Assembly (NCBI RefSeq): GCF_988243305.1
Contig: NZ_OZ547136.1
Strand: one strand, 5' to 3'
DNA: 64,000 nucleotides
Positions within the stretch are counted from its first letter, which is position 1. Each line of letters begins with the position of its first letter. The notes under the pieces are model-generated. The model searched no databases. It was not told the origin of the DNA and was given only the letters and a program-made list of their open reading frames with translations. Of the stretch, positions 1-11,900 are shown one piece after another. Position numbers and translations under genes: made by a program.

Positions 1-109
1 CCTGAAGAAGAAAACCAACCCAGGTTACTCCGCAATTGGTCGTCTGAAAGGCCTGGCCGAAGTTCGCGGTGTCGAACTGGCGATCCAGCGCGCTTTCTTT
101 AGCCGTTAA
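1..109 (+). CDS. uxuA: Mannonate dehydratase UxuA, C-terminal fragment (gene starts upstream of window)
   Basis: Frame starting at nt 2 translates to ...[35 protein letters not shown], stop at 107-109; sits directly upstream of uxuB as in the uxuAB operon. Recognised from memory. Confidence 0.8.
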
Positions 110-189
110 TATCCACCGGCATGGCTGCGCGCCGTGCCGGTTCCTTCTTCCTTGCCGTCACTCTCTGAAGACGGATTCTGGAGTTTACG

Positions 190-1650
190 ATGACTACTAT
201 TGTTGACAGCAATCTGCCGGTTGCCCGCCCGTCATGGGATCATTCTCGTCTGGAATCACGCATTGTGCATCTCGGTTGCGGGGCGTTTCACCGCGCGCAC
301 CAGGCGCTGTATACCCATCATCTGCTGGAAAGCACCGACAGCGACTGGGGTATCTGCGAAGTTAACCTGATGCCAGGTAACGACCGCGTGCTGATCGAAA
401 ACCTGAAAAAACAGCAACTGCTGTACACCGTGGCGGAAAAAGGCGCAGAAAGCACCGAGCTGAAAATTATCGGTTCGATGAAAGAAGCGCTGCATCCGGA
501 AATCGACGGCTGCGAAGGTATTCTCAACGCGATGGCGCGTCCGCAGACGGCGATTGTCTCCCTGACGGTCACAGAGAAAGGTTATTGTGCCGATGCGGCA
601 AGCGGTCAGTTGGATCTCAATAACCCGCTGATCAAGCACGATCTGGAAAACCCGACTGCGCCGAAGTCCGCGATTGGTTACATCGTCGAAGCCTTGCGTC
701 TGCGTCGTGAAAAAGGGCTGAAAGCGTTTACGGTGATGTCCTGCGACAACGTGCGTGAAAACGGTCATGTGGCGAAGGTCGCGGTTCTGGGGCTGGCTCA
801 GGCGCGTGATCCACAGCTGGCGGCATGGATTGAAGAGAACGTCACCTTCCCGTGCACCATGGTTGACCGCATCGTTCCGGCGGCGACGGCAGAAACCTTA
901 CAGGAAATTGCTGACCAGCTGGGTGTTTACGACCCATGCGCCATTGCCTGCGAACCGTTCCGTCAGTGGGTGATTGAAGATAACTTCGTTAATGGTCGTC
1001 CGGACTGGGATAAAGTGGGCGCACAGTTCGTTGCAGACGTTGTGCCGTTCGAAATGATGAAACTGCGTATGCTGAACGGCAGCCACTCTTTCCTGGCGTA
1101 CCTCGGTTACCTCGGCGGCTATGAAACCATTGCCGACACCATGACTAACCCGGATTATCGCAAAGCGGCCTTCGCCCTGATGATGCAGGAACAAGCGCCA
1201 ACGCTGTCGATGCCGGAAGGTACAGACCTGAACGCCTATGCGACGCTGCTGATCGAGCGTTTCAGTAACCCGTCTCTGCGTCACCGTACCTGGCAGATTG
1301 CGATGGACGGCAGCCAGAAGTTACCGCAGCGTCTGCTGGATCCGGTGCGTCTGCACCTGCAAAACGGCGGTAGCTGGCGTCACCTGGCGCTGGGCGTGGC
1401 TGGCTGGATGCGTTACACCCAGGGCGTGGATGAGCAGGGTAAAGCTATTGACGTGGTCGACCCGATGCTGGCGGAGTTCCAGAAGATCAACGCGCAGTAT
1501 CAGGGCGCAGACCGCGTGAAAGCGCTGCTGGGCCTGAGCGGTATCTTTGCCGATGATCTGCCGCAGAATGCCGACTTTGTTGGCGCGGTGACGGCGGCAT
1601 ATCAGCAGCTGTGCGAACGCGGTGCGCGCGAGTGTGTGGCTGCGCTGTAA
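190..1650 (+). CDS. uxuB: D-mannonate oxidoreductase (fructuronate reductase)
   Basis: 486-aa ORF; GGAG Shine-Dalgarno upstream of ATG; mannitol dehydrogenase-family N-terminus (HLGCGAFHRAHQA); operon position after uxuA and before uxuR. Confidence 0.92.
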   Translation: MTTIVDSNLPVARPSWDHSRLESRIVHLGCGAFHRAHQALYTHHLLESTDSDWGICEVNLMPGNDRVLIENLKKQQLLYTVAEKGAESTELKIIGSMKEALHPEIDGCEGILNAMARPQTAIVSLTVTEKGYCADAASGQLDLNNPLIKHDLENPTAPKSAIGYIVEALRLRREKGLKAFTVMSCDNVRENGHVAKVAVLGLAQARDPQLAAWIEENVTFPCTMVDRIVPAATAETLQEIADQLGVYDPCAIACEPFRQWVIEDNFVNGRPDWDKVGAQFVADVVPFEMMKLRMLNGSHSFLAYLGYLGGYETIADTMTNPDYRKAAFALMMQEQAPTLSMPEGTDLNAYATLLIERFSNPSLRHRTWQIAMDGSQKLPQRLLDPVRLHLQNGGSWRHLALGVAGWMRYTQGVDEQGKAIDVVDPMLAEFQKINAQYQGADRVKALLGLSGIFADDLPQNADFVGAVTAAYQQLCERGARECVAAL

Positions 1651-1674
1651 CTAACTGATTACCCTACAGACTTA

Positions 1675-1719
1675 CTGGTCAATCAAACGCATATTTGGTT
1701 GACCAGTTTTCGTTTTTTT
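1675..1719 (+). terminator. Putative rho-independent terminator downstream of uxuB
   Basis: Inverted repeat ctggtcaa...ttgaccag followed by a T-run (ttttcgttttttt). Confidence 0.5.
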
Positions 1720-1787
1720 GCCCACCTGTACGTGCCAACTTCCAGTGCTAATGGTATAGTTTGAGATTAACGGGTGCCGTAAAATTG

Positions 1788-1830
1788 CCCGTTGTAGGCC
1801 GGATAAGGCATTCACGCCGCATCCGGCAAA
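1788..1830. repeat. REP-like extragenic palindromic element
   Basis: gtaggccggataaggc...cgccgcatccggca motif, typical of E. coli REP sequences, in the uxuB-uxuR intergenic region. Confidence 0.55.
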
Positions 1831-1863
1831 ATTTGATTAACCGCACCTAACGGACACAACACC

Positions 1864-2637
1864 ATGAAATCTGCCACCTCTGCGCAAAGACCTTACCAGG
1901 AAGTCGGGGCGATGATCCGCGATCTGATCATAAAGACGCCGTACAATCCTGGCGAACGGCTGCCGCCGGAGCGTGAAATTGCAGAAATGCTTGATGTCAC
2001 GCGGACGGTGGTACGTGAAGCGCTGATCATGCTGGAGATCAAAGGGCTGGTGGAAGTGCGCCGGGGTGCCGGTATTTATGTTCTTGATAGCTCAGACAGC
2101 CAGAACACAGACAGTCCGGATGCCAACGTCTGCAATGATGCCGGTCCTTTTGAGCTGTTACAGGCGCGTCAGTTACTGGAAAGTAACATCGCGGAATTTG
2201 CCGCCCTGCAGGCTACCCGCGAAGATATCGTCAAAATGCGTCAGGCATTGCAACTGGAAGAGCGTGAGCTTGCTTCCAGCGCGCCGGGCAGCAGCGAAAG
2301 TGGTGACATGCAGTTCCATCTCGCCATTGCCGAAGCGACGCATAACAGCATGCTGGTGGAGCTATTCCGTCAGTCCTGGCAGTGGCGGGAAAACAATCCG
2401 ATGTGGATCCAGTTGCACAGCCATCTGGATGACAGCCTGTATCGCAAAGAGTGGTTGGGCGATCACAAACAGATCCTCGCCGCGTTAATCAAAAAAGATG
2501 CCCGTGCGGCGAAGCTGGCAATGTGGCAGCATCTGGAAAACGTTAAGCAACGTCTGCTGGAATTCTCGAACGTTGACGATATTTATTTTGACGGCTATCT
2601 GTTTGATTCATGGCCGTTGGATAAAGTCGACGCCTGA
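1864..2637 (+). CDS. uxuR: GntR-family transcriptional repressor of hexuronate utilisation
   Basis: 257-aa ORF with N-terminal GntR-type winged HTH and FadR-like C-terminal domain; position after uxuB. Confidence 0.92.
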   Translation: MKSATSAQRPYQEVGAMIRDLIIKTPYNPGERLPPEREIAEMLDVTRTVVREALIMLEIKGLVEVRRGAGIYVLDSSDSQNTDSPDANVCNDAGPFELLQARQLLESNIAEFAALQATREDIVKMRQALQLEERELASSAPGSSESGDMQFHLAIAEATHNSMLVELFRQSWQWRENNPMWIQLHSHLDDSLYRKEWLGDHKQILAALIKKDARAAKLAMWQHLENVKQRLLEFSNVDDIYFDGYLFDSWPLDKVDA

Positions 2638-2648
2638 CTGATTATGAT

Positions 2649-2680
2649 AAGCGCAAGGGTAAACGTTCCTTGCGCTTTCT
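2649..2680. terminator. Putative hairpin terminator between convergent uxuR and yjiC
   Basis: Inverted repeat aagcgcaagg...ccttgcgctt followed by tctt; lies between the stops of two convergent genes. Confidence 0.45.
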
Positions 2681-2777
2681 TAAATTAAGAAGTCGCAATG
2701 AGTATTACTTTGTAAATTGCAGGGTATTGTTTAAATATCTGTATAACCTGAATGTTAGTACTCATTCTTCTCAGTAG

Positions 2778-3608
2778 TCATTTACCAATATAATTCCATT
2801 CACCATTTTTTAATTCAAACAGTTCTGGAAGAGATGACGGTTGCAGAGTCATGCGTTTGAGTGGCGCATCTTCATCACCGGGGATAACTTTATATCCCAT
2901 TTTTGCATGGATCTCCGCGGTACCTGGATAGGCTTCTATACCAATTATTGGGTCATTTCCCATTCCAATATTAGCATTAAGTAATGCGGCAAGGGCGAAT
3001 CCGGAAGAATTTGCTACCCCGGTTACCGTCATTATCTGATCAATATAGATATCAATTCTTGGCTGCTCATTGGTCCATCTTTTTGCCTGAGAAGCTGGAA
3101 GGGTTGAAATATATCCTATCGTGGTTCCGGCATAACCAGGAACATTGCAACCAGGGCCTAATGTTATTTCATGAACTGTATAGTCCTCAACAGGATCGAA
3201 AGGGCTCTTCATAAATAAATTTAGCCGTAAACCTTCTGCTAACTCTGTGGCAGCATGCGCCTTTTTACATATACCACCATATATTTCGTCTAAAGCTGAG
3301 GTGATTTTCAAGTTTCGATAGAGCATACGCCCTGTTGTTGTAATACCATTGAATTCGCTGCATGTTTCTGTTACATAATTAAATGGCCAGGACTGTTTGC
3401 CAATATTAAGTTTTCTAATTTCGACAACGCTTTTTCCATCGTAATTATGGTTATTGCCACGAGTAAGAGGCAGAAGATAGATATTTTCCGTATCCATGCG
3501 TGCATATTCATATCGACGTGTTAACTCATTGTCGACTTTTGGGTGATGAAGGAAGTGATTATTTGTATTGAATTGGTTATTAGCGGCATTGCTTAATGGC
3601 ATAGACAT
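2778..3608 (-). CDS. yjiC: Uncharacterised protein YjiC
   Basis: 276-aa ORF in the conserved position between uxuR and iraD; AT-rich codon usage. Function unknown. Confidence 0.8.
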   Translation of the reverse strand: MSMPLSNAANNQFNTNNHFLHHPKVDNELTRRYEYARMDTENIYLLPLTRGNNHNYDGKSVVEIRKLNIGKQSWPFNYVTETCSEFNGITTTGRMLYRNLKITSALDEIYGGICKKAHAATELAEGLRLNLFMKSPFDPVEDYTVHEITLGPGCNVPGYAGTTIGYISTLPASQAKRWTNEQPRIDIYIDQIMTVTGVANSSGFALAALLNANIGMGNDPIIGIEAYPGTAEIHAKMGYKVIPGDEDAPLKRMTLQPSSLPELFELKNGEWNYIGK

Positions 3609-4280
3609 AATAGTTACCTTTTATGAGTATTTCAATGATGTTTAGAAAAATAGATAAATTTTTCTGTAGTAAAAAGAGAAGTAAACAAATGACATGCATG
3701 TTTCTGTTGTAGTGATATCAACTCTACACGGTGATATTAAAGGGTGGGAAACACTATAAAGTATCAAAAAACGCTCATTTAAAATTATTTGCATGCAATT
3801 TAAAAGCATATCTTATTACTAATTGGAATTTGATGTTGCTATATTGATGTCTATATTAATAATGCCTGTGAATGGTATTTTTGATGTATTTGATATGTTA
3901 TCAATTTATATTATTTACAAACTAATTGTTTCAAATAATACATGGCTGATTATGCGAAGATAAATAATTGCTTTCCGGGATTATGTAGCGACGGTGACAA
4001 GTATTTTCATCTACGTAACTATTCGGAATATTCAGAATATACTAGCAGTTTTTTTTTGAGTTTGATGATTTTTATCAAATCATGACTTTTTTCCTGAAAA
4101 GTCAGTAGATATTCATAGGCAAGTAAGGTTTTATACTTTGCTGACAGGATTCAGGCCTGTCTCAGACTGACATGGATGTAATGAACAAAAGGGAATGGCT
4201 ATGGAAAATGAGCATCAATACAGTGGTGCCCGGTGTTCAGGGCAAGCCGCATATGTTGCTAAACGTCAGGAGTGCGCAAA

Positions 4281-4673
4281 ATGATGCGCCAATCACTTCA
4301 GGCTGTTTTACCTGAAATTTCAGGCAATAAAACGTCATCGCTGCGTAAATCGGTATGCAGCGATCTCCTCACTCTTTTTAATTCTCCTCATTCGGCATTA
4401 CCGTCATTACTTGTTTCAGGCATGCCCGAGTGGCAAGTGCATAACCAGAGCGACAAACATCTTCAGAGCTGGTATTGCCGTCAGCTGCGTTCTGCACTGT
4501 TATTTCATGAGCCACGGATTGCGGCGTTGCAGGTCAATTTGAAAGAAGCGTACAGCCACACGCTGGCGATCAGCCTTGAGATAATGCTGTACCACGACGA
4601 TGAACCGCTAACGTTTGATCTGGTCTGGGATAATGGCGGTTGGCGTAGTGCGACGCTGGAGAATGTCAGCTAA
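4281..4673 (+). CDS. iraD: Anti-adaptor protein IraD (RpoS stabiliser)
   Basis: 130-aa product [17 protein letters not shown]...; start placed at ATG 4281 rather than the in-frame upstream GTG at 4272 used by the ORF track. Confidence 0.85.
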   Translation: MMRQSLQAVLPEISGNKTSSLRKSVCSDLLTLFNSPHSALPSLLVSGMPEWQVHNQSDKHLQSWYCRQLRSALLFHEPRIAALQVNLKEAYSHTLAISLEIMLYHDDEPLTFDLVWDNGGWRSATLENVS

Positions 4674-5577
4674 GCACAATCTCCAGCTCGCGCAGTTCAC
4701 GCCAGAAGCGTTCGGCAACGGGATTCATACGGGTGTTCATCCGGTATGCGTAGGCCTGAATCGGGATCACCAGTTCGTCCCGATTAAGCACAACGAGCTG
4801 CCCGCTGCGAATTTCTTGTTGGATGGCGTACTCCGGCAGCCAGGCAATCCCACAGCCGTCGAGGGCAACCTGCTTTAATAGCTCGCTCATCGAAGAGACA
4901 AAAAAGGTGCTGAAACTTAACTCGCTGTGGCGCGTCAGGGTGCGATTAATCAATCGCCCCATGTAGGAGTTGCGGCTGTAATTCAGTAACGGAAAGTGTG
5001 GCTGCGCGAGGTTAAACAGTGCTTCTCCGTGTTCGTCACTGGCGCAGACGGGGAATAATTGAGATTCAAATAAGCGAATGTGGTCAAACGGCGCTTCCAG
5101 CAAATCTTCGTCGTGAAAGGAAAAAATACAGTCACTTTGCCCTTCACGCAGTTTATCGACCGCTTCATCGACATCAATGGCTTCAATCGCCCAGGTAAAG
5201 AACGGCGGCATCTGGCTGATAATGGACGGTAACAGGCCGAGGGAAAGAGAGTGTGCAGCGGCTATCTTGATTTTACGTTGCGCGTAATCGCTGCCGCCAC
5301 GCAGCTCTGCCAGGTTGCTTTCTAACTGTTGCAACAGATGGCGGATCTGCGAATGGAAGATTTTCCCTTGTTCCGAGAGTTGCAGCGGCGTCACCTGGCG
5401 GTTAAACAATTCAACGCCAATCGCCTGTTCCAGTGCACGGATGCGGCGGCTGAATGCCGGTTGTGAGACGTTGCGACTGACTGCTGCCTGGGAAAAGTTG
5501 CGGCATTTTTCCAGGGTCAGAAAATCATAAAGCCATTTTGTTTCAATATTATGCAAAACCGCACCACAGTCATCCAT
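4666..5577 (-). CDS. hypT: LysR-family transcriptional regulator HypT (YjiE)
   Basis: 303-aa ORF with N-terminal LysR HTH ([23 protein letters not shown]) and LysR substrate-binding domain; convergent 8-nt overlap with iraD. Confidence 0.88.
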   Translation of the reverse strand: MDDCGAVLHNIETKWLYDFLTLEKCRNFSQAAVSRNVSQPAFSRRIRALEQAIGVELFNRQVTPLQLSEQGKIFHSQIRHLLQQLESNLAELRGGSDYAQRKIKIAAAHSLSLGLLPSIISQMPPFFTWAIEAIDVDEAVDKLREGQSDCIFSFHDEDLLEAPFDHIRLFESQLFPVCASDEHGEALFNLAQPHFPLLNYSRNSYMGRLINRTLTRHSELSFSTFFVSSMSELLKQVALDGCGIAWLPEYAIQQEIRSGQLVVLNRDELVIPIQAYAYRMNTRMNPVAERFWRELRELEIVLS

Positions 5578-5641
5578 TACGTTTTACTCTGTCAGCCGCC
5601 CTTGCGGGCATTCTACGTCCATTCGGGCGGCTGACAACCGT

Positions 5642-6814
5642 TTAAGCCATTTCAAACGTTCCTTTCACGCAGGCTTTGCCGTCTTTGACCATCAGTTTGC
5701 CGCGAGCGTATACCTGCTCAATGCGCAATTCTGGCGTCATGACCAGTAAGTCTGCGTCATTGCCTGGCAGAATTTCGCCTTTCCCGCTCAGGTTAAGGAA
5801 ACCGGCTACGCTACTGGTGAGCGGGCGCAGGGCATCGCTGATACTGAAATCATAGTCTTTGACCAGCACCTGCACGGTTTCCAGCAACGTTTCAAAACCT
5901 GCAACACCGATATGGGTTAAATTCCCTTCGTCATCGAAGAACGGCTGGCTACCGTTGCCGTCGGAGCTGAGGGTGACGCGTGCCAGCGGAATACCGGCCT
6001 GAACGGCGCGGGCAATACCTTCGGCAGGGGCAACCGGTTCGTCAATGCTGCTGGTGATGTCGATAGTGCCGCCTTTGCGCGCGAACTCCAGCGCCTGCTC
6101 AAACAACGGTACGTTGCGGTTAACGTGGGTCGGCAGCAGCTTGCTGATCGGCACATCGCAGTTTTCCAGCAGGTCATAGACAGGCTGTAACGCCTTTTTA
6201 CTGTCGCCCATGTGGAACACGGTGACGCCAGGTTTACCGCCGAGCAAACCGCCAACGCGGGATTCTGCCGCCATATTAGCCAGGTGATAAACGTCCGGTG
6301 CGGCAGAACGGTGATCAGAGATGGCGCATTTCACGCCAATCACACGATCGATAATCGCCACGTCTTTTTCCACGGAACCCGTAATAGTGCGGGAAGGGAC
6401 ATGATAAGCGCCGGTCAGCATCCAGGCGCTGATGCCTTCTTCATTGAGCGCACGGGTCTTGGCGAGCAGGGATTCCGGGTGACGAGAGATAGAGTCAGTG
6501 CCGAGCAGACCAACCACTGACGTGACGCCCGCTTCCGTCAGACGACTTAACGCCACTTCCGGCGTGCGCGTCGTGGGACCTGCTTCACCGCCACCGCCAA
6601 TTAAATGAACGTGTTGATCAATAAAACCTGGGCAGAGGATCTGCCCGCTGAGATCGACAACCGTGCAGTCCGGTACAATATCAGAAGGGATATTACTGGC
6701 AACGGCGATAATTTTGCCGTTAGCGACGAGGACATCGCAAACTCCCCGATCTTCCGGCGCATACAAATGCGCTCCCTGCAGCAGGGTAAAACCGGCTGCG
6801 GTATAATCAATCAT
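5642..6814 (-). CDS. iadA: Isoaspartyl dipeptidase
   Basis: 390-aa amidohydrolase-fold protein (HVHLIGGGGEAG metal-binding motif); conserved position. Confidence 0.9.
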   Translation of the reverse strand: MIDYTAAGFTLLQGAHLYAPEDRGVCDVLVANGKIIAVASNIPSDIVPDCTVVDLSGQILCPGFIDQHVHLIGGGGEAGPTTRTPEVALSRLTEAGVTSVVGLLGTDSISRHPESLLAKTRALNEEGISAWMLTGAYHVPSRTITGSVEKDVAIIDRVIGVKCAISDHRSAAPDVYHLANMAAESRVGGLLGGKPGVTVFHMGDSKKALQPVYDLLENCDVPISKLLPTHVNRNVPLFEQALEFARKGGTIDITSSIDEPVAPAEGIARAVQAGIPLARVTLSSDGNGSQPFFDDEGNLTHIGVAGFETLLETVQVLVKDYDFSISDALRPLTSSVAGFLNLSGKGEILPGNDADLLVMTPELRIEQVYARGKLMVKDGKACVKGTFEMA

Positions 6815-6826
6815 GGTAACTCCTTG

Positions 6827-7288
6827 TTAAACAATAAGCTGCATAACCCAGATCGACAGCAATGCGTTAATCACGCAGACCGTAATGATATGCGGGTAAT
6901 ATTTGGCATTCACTTCGGCTGTCCCCAGGCAGCGACCGACATTTTGCACCGGGTTGCCCATTAAATACATCGCGGGCAGTAAAACGGTGACATCGTGACC
7001 GGTTAATGCGCCAGCGGTTGCCAGACTGGCGGCAACACCGACTGCGCCACCCATACTCATTAATGCGGCTAAAAGGACGGTTGCCGCTTCACCTGGCAAT
7101 CCCCACAGCGCCATTACCGGTTCACAGATATGCCCCACCCAGTCGAGCAGGCCGGTAATTTTCAGCGCCTGAATGATGACAAACGCCATCACCACGTTTG
7201 GTAGCAGGTTGGTGGTGGCGATAGTAAAGCCACGGCGCGCGCCATCGATAAACATATCCATGACGTTTTTGCGGACCTGAGTTGTCAT
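6827..7288 (-). CDS. yjiG: Inner-membrane protein YjiG (nucleoside-transporter/SpmB-like)
   Basis: 153-aa hydrophobic ORF; 4-nt overlap with yjiH start suggests a yjiH-yjiG operon. Confidence 0.85.
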   Translation of the reverse strand: MTTQVRKNVMDMFIDGARRGFTIATTNLLPNVVMAFVIIQALKITGLLDWVGHICEPVMALWGLPGEAATVLLAALMSMGGAVGVAASLATAGALTGHDVTVLLPAMYLMGNPVQNVGRCLGTAEVNAKYYPHIITVCVINALLSIWVMQLIV

Positions 7289-7980
7289 GCTTGCGCTCCT
7301 TGCGTTGGGTTGCGACGTTCTTCGAAGTTAAGCCAGACGCGCAAAATGTTGGCTCCGACAAATTTAAACACCAGGATGACTGCTAAAGGTACGATTACGG
7401 ACGTGCCCAGAAAGGCAAACACCGCGACGCCGGAAGAGAAGTAGTTGGTGATGATGGCGCTACCACTGGTTTGATATGCGGCGAAAATCACTTTATCGCG
7501 TTCGGTAATTTCACCTTCCTGCGCCAGCTCTTTGGTCATACCGGCGGCGGCATCAGTGTTTTGCAGGTTAGCGATCAGCGCCAGCGAGCAGATCCCTGGA
7601 ATACCCAACAACGGTTTTAGCACAGGTGTCATTAACTGCTGCGCGGCGCGTAATCCACCAAGACCATCGGTAATTGAAATAATCCCCAGAGAGAGAATGA
7701 CTGACGGTGCCAGCTCCAGCGCAAAGAGAAAGCCATCTTTAGCCCCCGCGCCACCCGCGCCGCGAAACGAGGTGGTGGCTCCGTTCGCACCAGGCAGTTG
7801 CCCAAACGATCCGTTCAGCACGGAAAAATCAAAAACGCGCCACCAACTGTCTGTCCCGGAAAAAACACCGGAAAAAAAGATTATGGTGAGAAAAAAAGCC
7901 AGATACCCTTTAATGCCCACTTTTTCTGTCGCCAGCTCCCCGGCTACAGCATCCCCTTGTTGTGTCATAACAATCCCCAT
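7285..7980 (-). CDS. yjiH: Inner-membrane protein YjiH
   Basis: 231-aa hydrophobic ORF upstream of and overlapping yjiG. Confidence 0.85.
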   Translation of the reverse strand: MGIVMTQQGDAVAGELATEKVGIKGYLAFFLTIIFFSGVFSGTDSWWRVFDFSVLNGSFGQLPGANGATTSFRGAGGAGAKDGFLFALELAPSVILSLGIISITDGLGGLRAAQQLMTPVLKPLLGIPGICSLALIANLQNTDAAAGMTKELAQEGEITERDKVIFAAYQTSGSAIITNYFSSGVAVFAFLGTSVIVPLAVILVFKFVGANILRVWLNFEERRNPTQGAQA

Positions 7981-8217
7981 TGTTTTTTTGTGTTTGTGTG
8001 TTGCTTGAGCCAGGAAAATTCCTGGAGCTGAAAAACCTTATCAGCCATGTGGGTATGGGGAAAATGCAAGTATGTTTCTGGCTATGCGTTTTTTGCATAG
8101 CGGAAAAATTACGCTGTGGGGAAAAGGTTCTGCGCAGGATTGAGTTGCAGTAAATTCATAAACCCAGTGACAATGACATCAGTAAATTAAAGCAGAAAAT
8201 CCAGGGACGAAAACGAG

Positions 8218-8802
8218 ATGGCAAAGTACAACGAAAAAGAGCTGGCGGATACGAGCAAGTTTTTAAGTTTTGTCCTCCGACACAAACCGGAGGCGATTGG
8301 TATCGTACTGGACCGTGAAGGATGGGCGGATATCGATAAGCTCATACTTTGTGCCCAAAAATCGGGCAAGCGGTTAACCCGTGCATTGCTGGATACCGTT
8401 GTCGCCACCAGCGATAAAAAGCGTTTTAGTTATTCCAGTGATGGTAGGTGCATTCGCGCGGTTCAGGGGCATTCGACTTCGCAGGTCGCCATTTCCTTTG
8501 CCGAAAAAACACCGCCACAGTTTCTTTACCACGGTACGGCAAGCCGTTTCCTTGACGAGATAAAAAAACAGGGGCTGATTGCAGGGGTGCGTCACTACGT
8601 ACATCTCTCTGCTGATGAAGCAACGGCACGCAAAGTGGGAGCAAGACACGGATCGCCGGTTATTTTAACCGTCAAAGCACAGGAAATGGCGAAACGAGGC
8701 CTCCCTTTCTGGCAAGCGGAAAACGGGGTCTGGCTGACATCAACGGTTGCTGTTGAGTTTCTTGAGTGGCCGTTCATGCCGGCTGGGGTACAAAAACAAT
8801 AA
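8218..8802 (+). CDS. kptA: RNA 2'-phosphotransferase (Tpt1 family)
   Basis: 194-aa [31 protein letters not shown]...; Tpt1/KptA family recognised from memory. Confidence 0.85.
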   Translation: MAKYNEKELADTSKFLSFVLRHKPEAIGIVLDREGWADIDKLILCAQKSGKRLTRALLDTVVATSDKKRFSYSSDGRCIRAVQGHSTSQVAISFAEKTPPQFLYHGTASRFLDEIKKQGLIAGVRHYVHLSADEATARKVGARHGSPVILTVKAQEMAKRGLPFWQAENGVWLTSTVAVEFLEWPFMPAGVQKQ

Positions 8803-8827
8803 ATTCAATATATTGCAGGGGTTATAT

Positions 8828-8858
8828 AGGCCTGATAAGCGCAGCGCATCAGGTAATG
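8828..8858. repeat. REP-like extragenic palindromic element
   Basis: aggcctgataagcgcagcgcatcaggtaatg immediately downstream of kptA. Confidence 0.55.
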
Positions 8859-8922
8859 TAGCGTTTGTTATCAGTCGGAAAGGATACCCTCGCACAAGGG
8901 TATCCTTAATAACCTACTAAAA

Positions 8923-11900
8923 TTAAAGTGATTTACGGCAGGCGGTCAGTTGGGGGCTGGAATCAGCGTCGCTTCCAGTCATACCCGTTAGCATCTGCAC
9001 ATAGTAGTGCCGATTGTAATCATCAGATTCACTTGTCCAGTAAGCTCCTTGTGTAAATTGCGAATTACTGGAAAACGCTCCAACGTTCCCCCATTCACCA
9101 TACAGTGATCCCTGCGTGCGTTTGTTTTCGCCAGACGTCAAATGTGTGATGCCAGGAAGATTATATCCATCATTTTTAGCATGACAGAGCGCATTGGCAG
9201 CTAGCCAGATATTGGTATGATTTCCATTATTCACCCACCAGCCTTTCAGCTTAATTAAGGTCTGGTAGGTTGTACCTCCTTGTCGGGGAACAGCGCTTAT
9301 TGTGACTGACGTTTGATCGCCGATATTTGCGAAAGAAACCTTACCTGAAGCATCGACCGACACCCAACTCTGTGAACTTGAAAACATATAATCATCAACG
9401 GTTTTACCCGCTTCAAAGTTATCATTGTTGAGTGTGTAATACGCTCCTGCAAAACCTTCGCTCGGGAATTGAGCCGTGGAGAAGGTATGGTTGTTTGCAG
9501 TGACATGACCGGACATTTCTTTTATCGAGCGGATGAGATTCAGCGATACGCTTAAGTTTGCCTGATGAACCCCGTTCAGCATGGGAATGAGAGTCGCTGT
9601 TCCCTCTTTTCCGCCAGTGACAGTCACGGTGTACTCGCCATAATTTCTTTGGCTGTAATCAATATCGCTCAACTTGAGAAAGTTCACGAAGGGACCTGAC
9701 TGGACAAATTCCAGATGATCAGACGTCACTATCGGATTACCGTACTTGTCTTGCAATGTTAGCGTAAGTTTCGCGCTATGCTGGTAGTCAGCCATCAGAG
9801 TGCCAACGTCGGATTTCAATAATGACTTACTTTCATCCGCCGTGCTGGCAAGCAAGGTAATAGCTGCGGATTGGTTGGCTGTACCAGGAACTTGCACATT
9901 GACCGTTAAGGTTTCTGCCAATGTACTGGTTATTGTCGCCGTGACTTGCCCGGACTGATCGGTACGCGTAGTTGGAATATTAACTACCGGGCGACCTTTG
10001 GTGTCTAAGGCGTAACGAACATCGACACCTTCAACCGGGAATCCGTAATCATCTTCTACTCGTGACGTGACGGTGCTGCTATCGATGCCGTCGGCGGTTA
10101 TGGTGTCAGGAGAAGCCACGACGCTCACAACATGTGCCGTTTTAGCATCTGCCTTAACCGCAACCGTTACCTGGCTCTGAACGGGAACATCTTTGCCCAT
10201 TGTGGCCGTAACGGTATAGACATTCACTTTGTCACTGGTCAGCGTTACTTTGGCCTGACCATACTGGTCAGTAAGGACTTCCCCTGTATTGCTTAGCGTT
10301 GCACCTTCAGGCGTTACGCTAAAGGTGATAATTTGCCCAGGCATTAATTCATCCCGAGCATTTCTCACCGTTGCGGTCAGCGTAATACCTTCACTGTTAT
10401 GGACCGTGGTTTCTGGCTTCGATGATGTTAACTCGAGCTTGCCATTTGCCACATTCACGTCAACCTTACTACTACTGTTATTGTCCAGCGTTGCCGTCAC
10501 CTGATAAACCCCTGGCTGGGTGCTAATAAGGTTAACGTACGCGTAACCGTTATTATCGGTGTAAGCCGTATCGCCTATCGTAATGTGAGCTGTTGGCTGC
10601 GCACTTAATCTGACGCGTTGACCCGCTATTACATTGTTAAACGCGTCCTGGACGAGTATCCGTAGTGTGATGTTTTCGCCAACCGTTATCGTTTTTTCGG
10701 CTCCGGTTATACTTATTACCTTCGCCGAACTTTCATCCGGCAGCACTGATAAACTAAACGTTTTATTATCGGAGGGTTGCGCTTTCCGGCTCACCACGAC
10801 GTTATGTTGTCCGGCAATATTGCTGGTCATTGTTACCGTCGCCTGACCCAGCGTATTGGTGGTGACTTCTGTTCCACTTAGAGTGACATCGTTACTCTGG
10901 AAAGTGACCAGCTGGTCTTTAAGCGGATTTTGGTAAGCGTCCAGGATCGTTGCAGTCAGGGTACTCCCCGTACTGTTACCCGCAACAATGGTATTTAATG
11001 AGGCAGTCAGCGGCTGGAGCTGCGCGCTGTTTGTATCCCCAATAAAAGTGACTTGCTGATGAGCAACGGTATTATTTCTGGTCAGCGTCGCCGTAACTGT
11101 AAACTCACCCGCTTTTGTGCCACGCAATGTGACCACGGCATCGCCGTTTGCATCGGTGCGGGCGGTTTCACTACTTAGCGTGAAGTTCCCGGTCATAGAG
11201 GCTGGCAAGGTAAATTTCACATCCTCATCCGGCAACGGGTGTCCATAAACATCTTTCACACTGGCTGTCAGGATAACGGTATTTGTATTGTTAGCGATCG
11301 CACTGCCTGACCCGGCATTTAAGGTCATTACCGATTGTTCCCTGTTTGGGACCACGGTGATCGTGACCGACTGGTGAATATTTTTATCCGCCTCAAGCGA
11401 GGCATCGACGGAATAGCTACCAGCTTTTGAACTGGTCAGGTGCACTCGCACAATACCGGACTGGTCTGTTGTGGCGGACGTGTTGTCCAGTTGCGAGCCA
11501 CCAGGTGCCACAAAATTCACTTTCATATCTTTTAACGGGTTGTTATGAAAGTCTGTGACGGTGGCGGTCAGAGTACTGCCCTGGCTGTTGCCAGCAATAA
11601 TGGTATCTGGATCGGCAACCAGTTGTTTGAATTTTGGCGTACTCGAATCGCTAACGAATTTCGCAATTATCCGTTGTGAGAAACCATTTGGCAGCGTGGC
11701 ACTAATCGTATTTTCTTCCGCAACCTGACTTACCATGTTGATTGTGGCAACACCATATGCATCCGTATTTTGCTGCGGCGGTTCGACAAATTCAGCGCTT
11801 CCTTTTTCATTCTTAAAGGTGACCTGATGATTTGTCAGGGGATTATCACTCTCATCAGTGACGTTGATAGTGAGGGTATTAAATGTCTTTTTATCGGCGT

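Noticed and set aside
4272-4280. Upstream GTG start for iraD suggested by the ORF track (also upstream extensions for yjiA, btsT, yjiN, yjiM, mdtM, hpaI, hpaH, hpaG, hpaR, lgoD, BrnA-like and the MBL gene)
   Set aside because: Internal ATG codons with proper Shine-Dalgarno spacing give products matching the expected protein N-termini; the track simply reports the longest frame.
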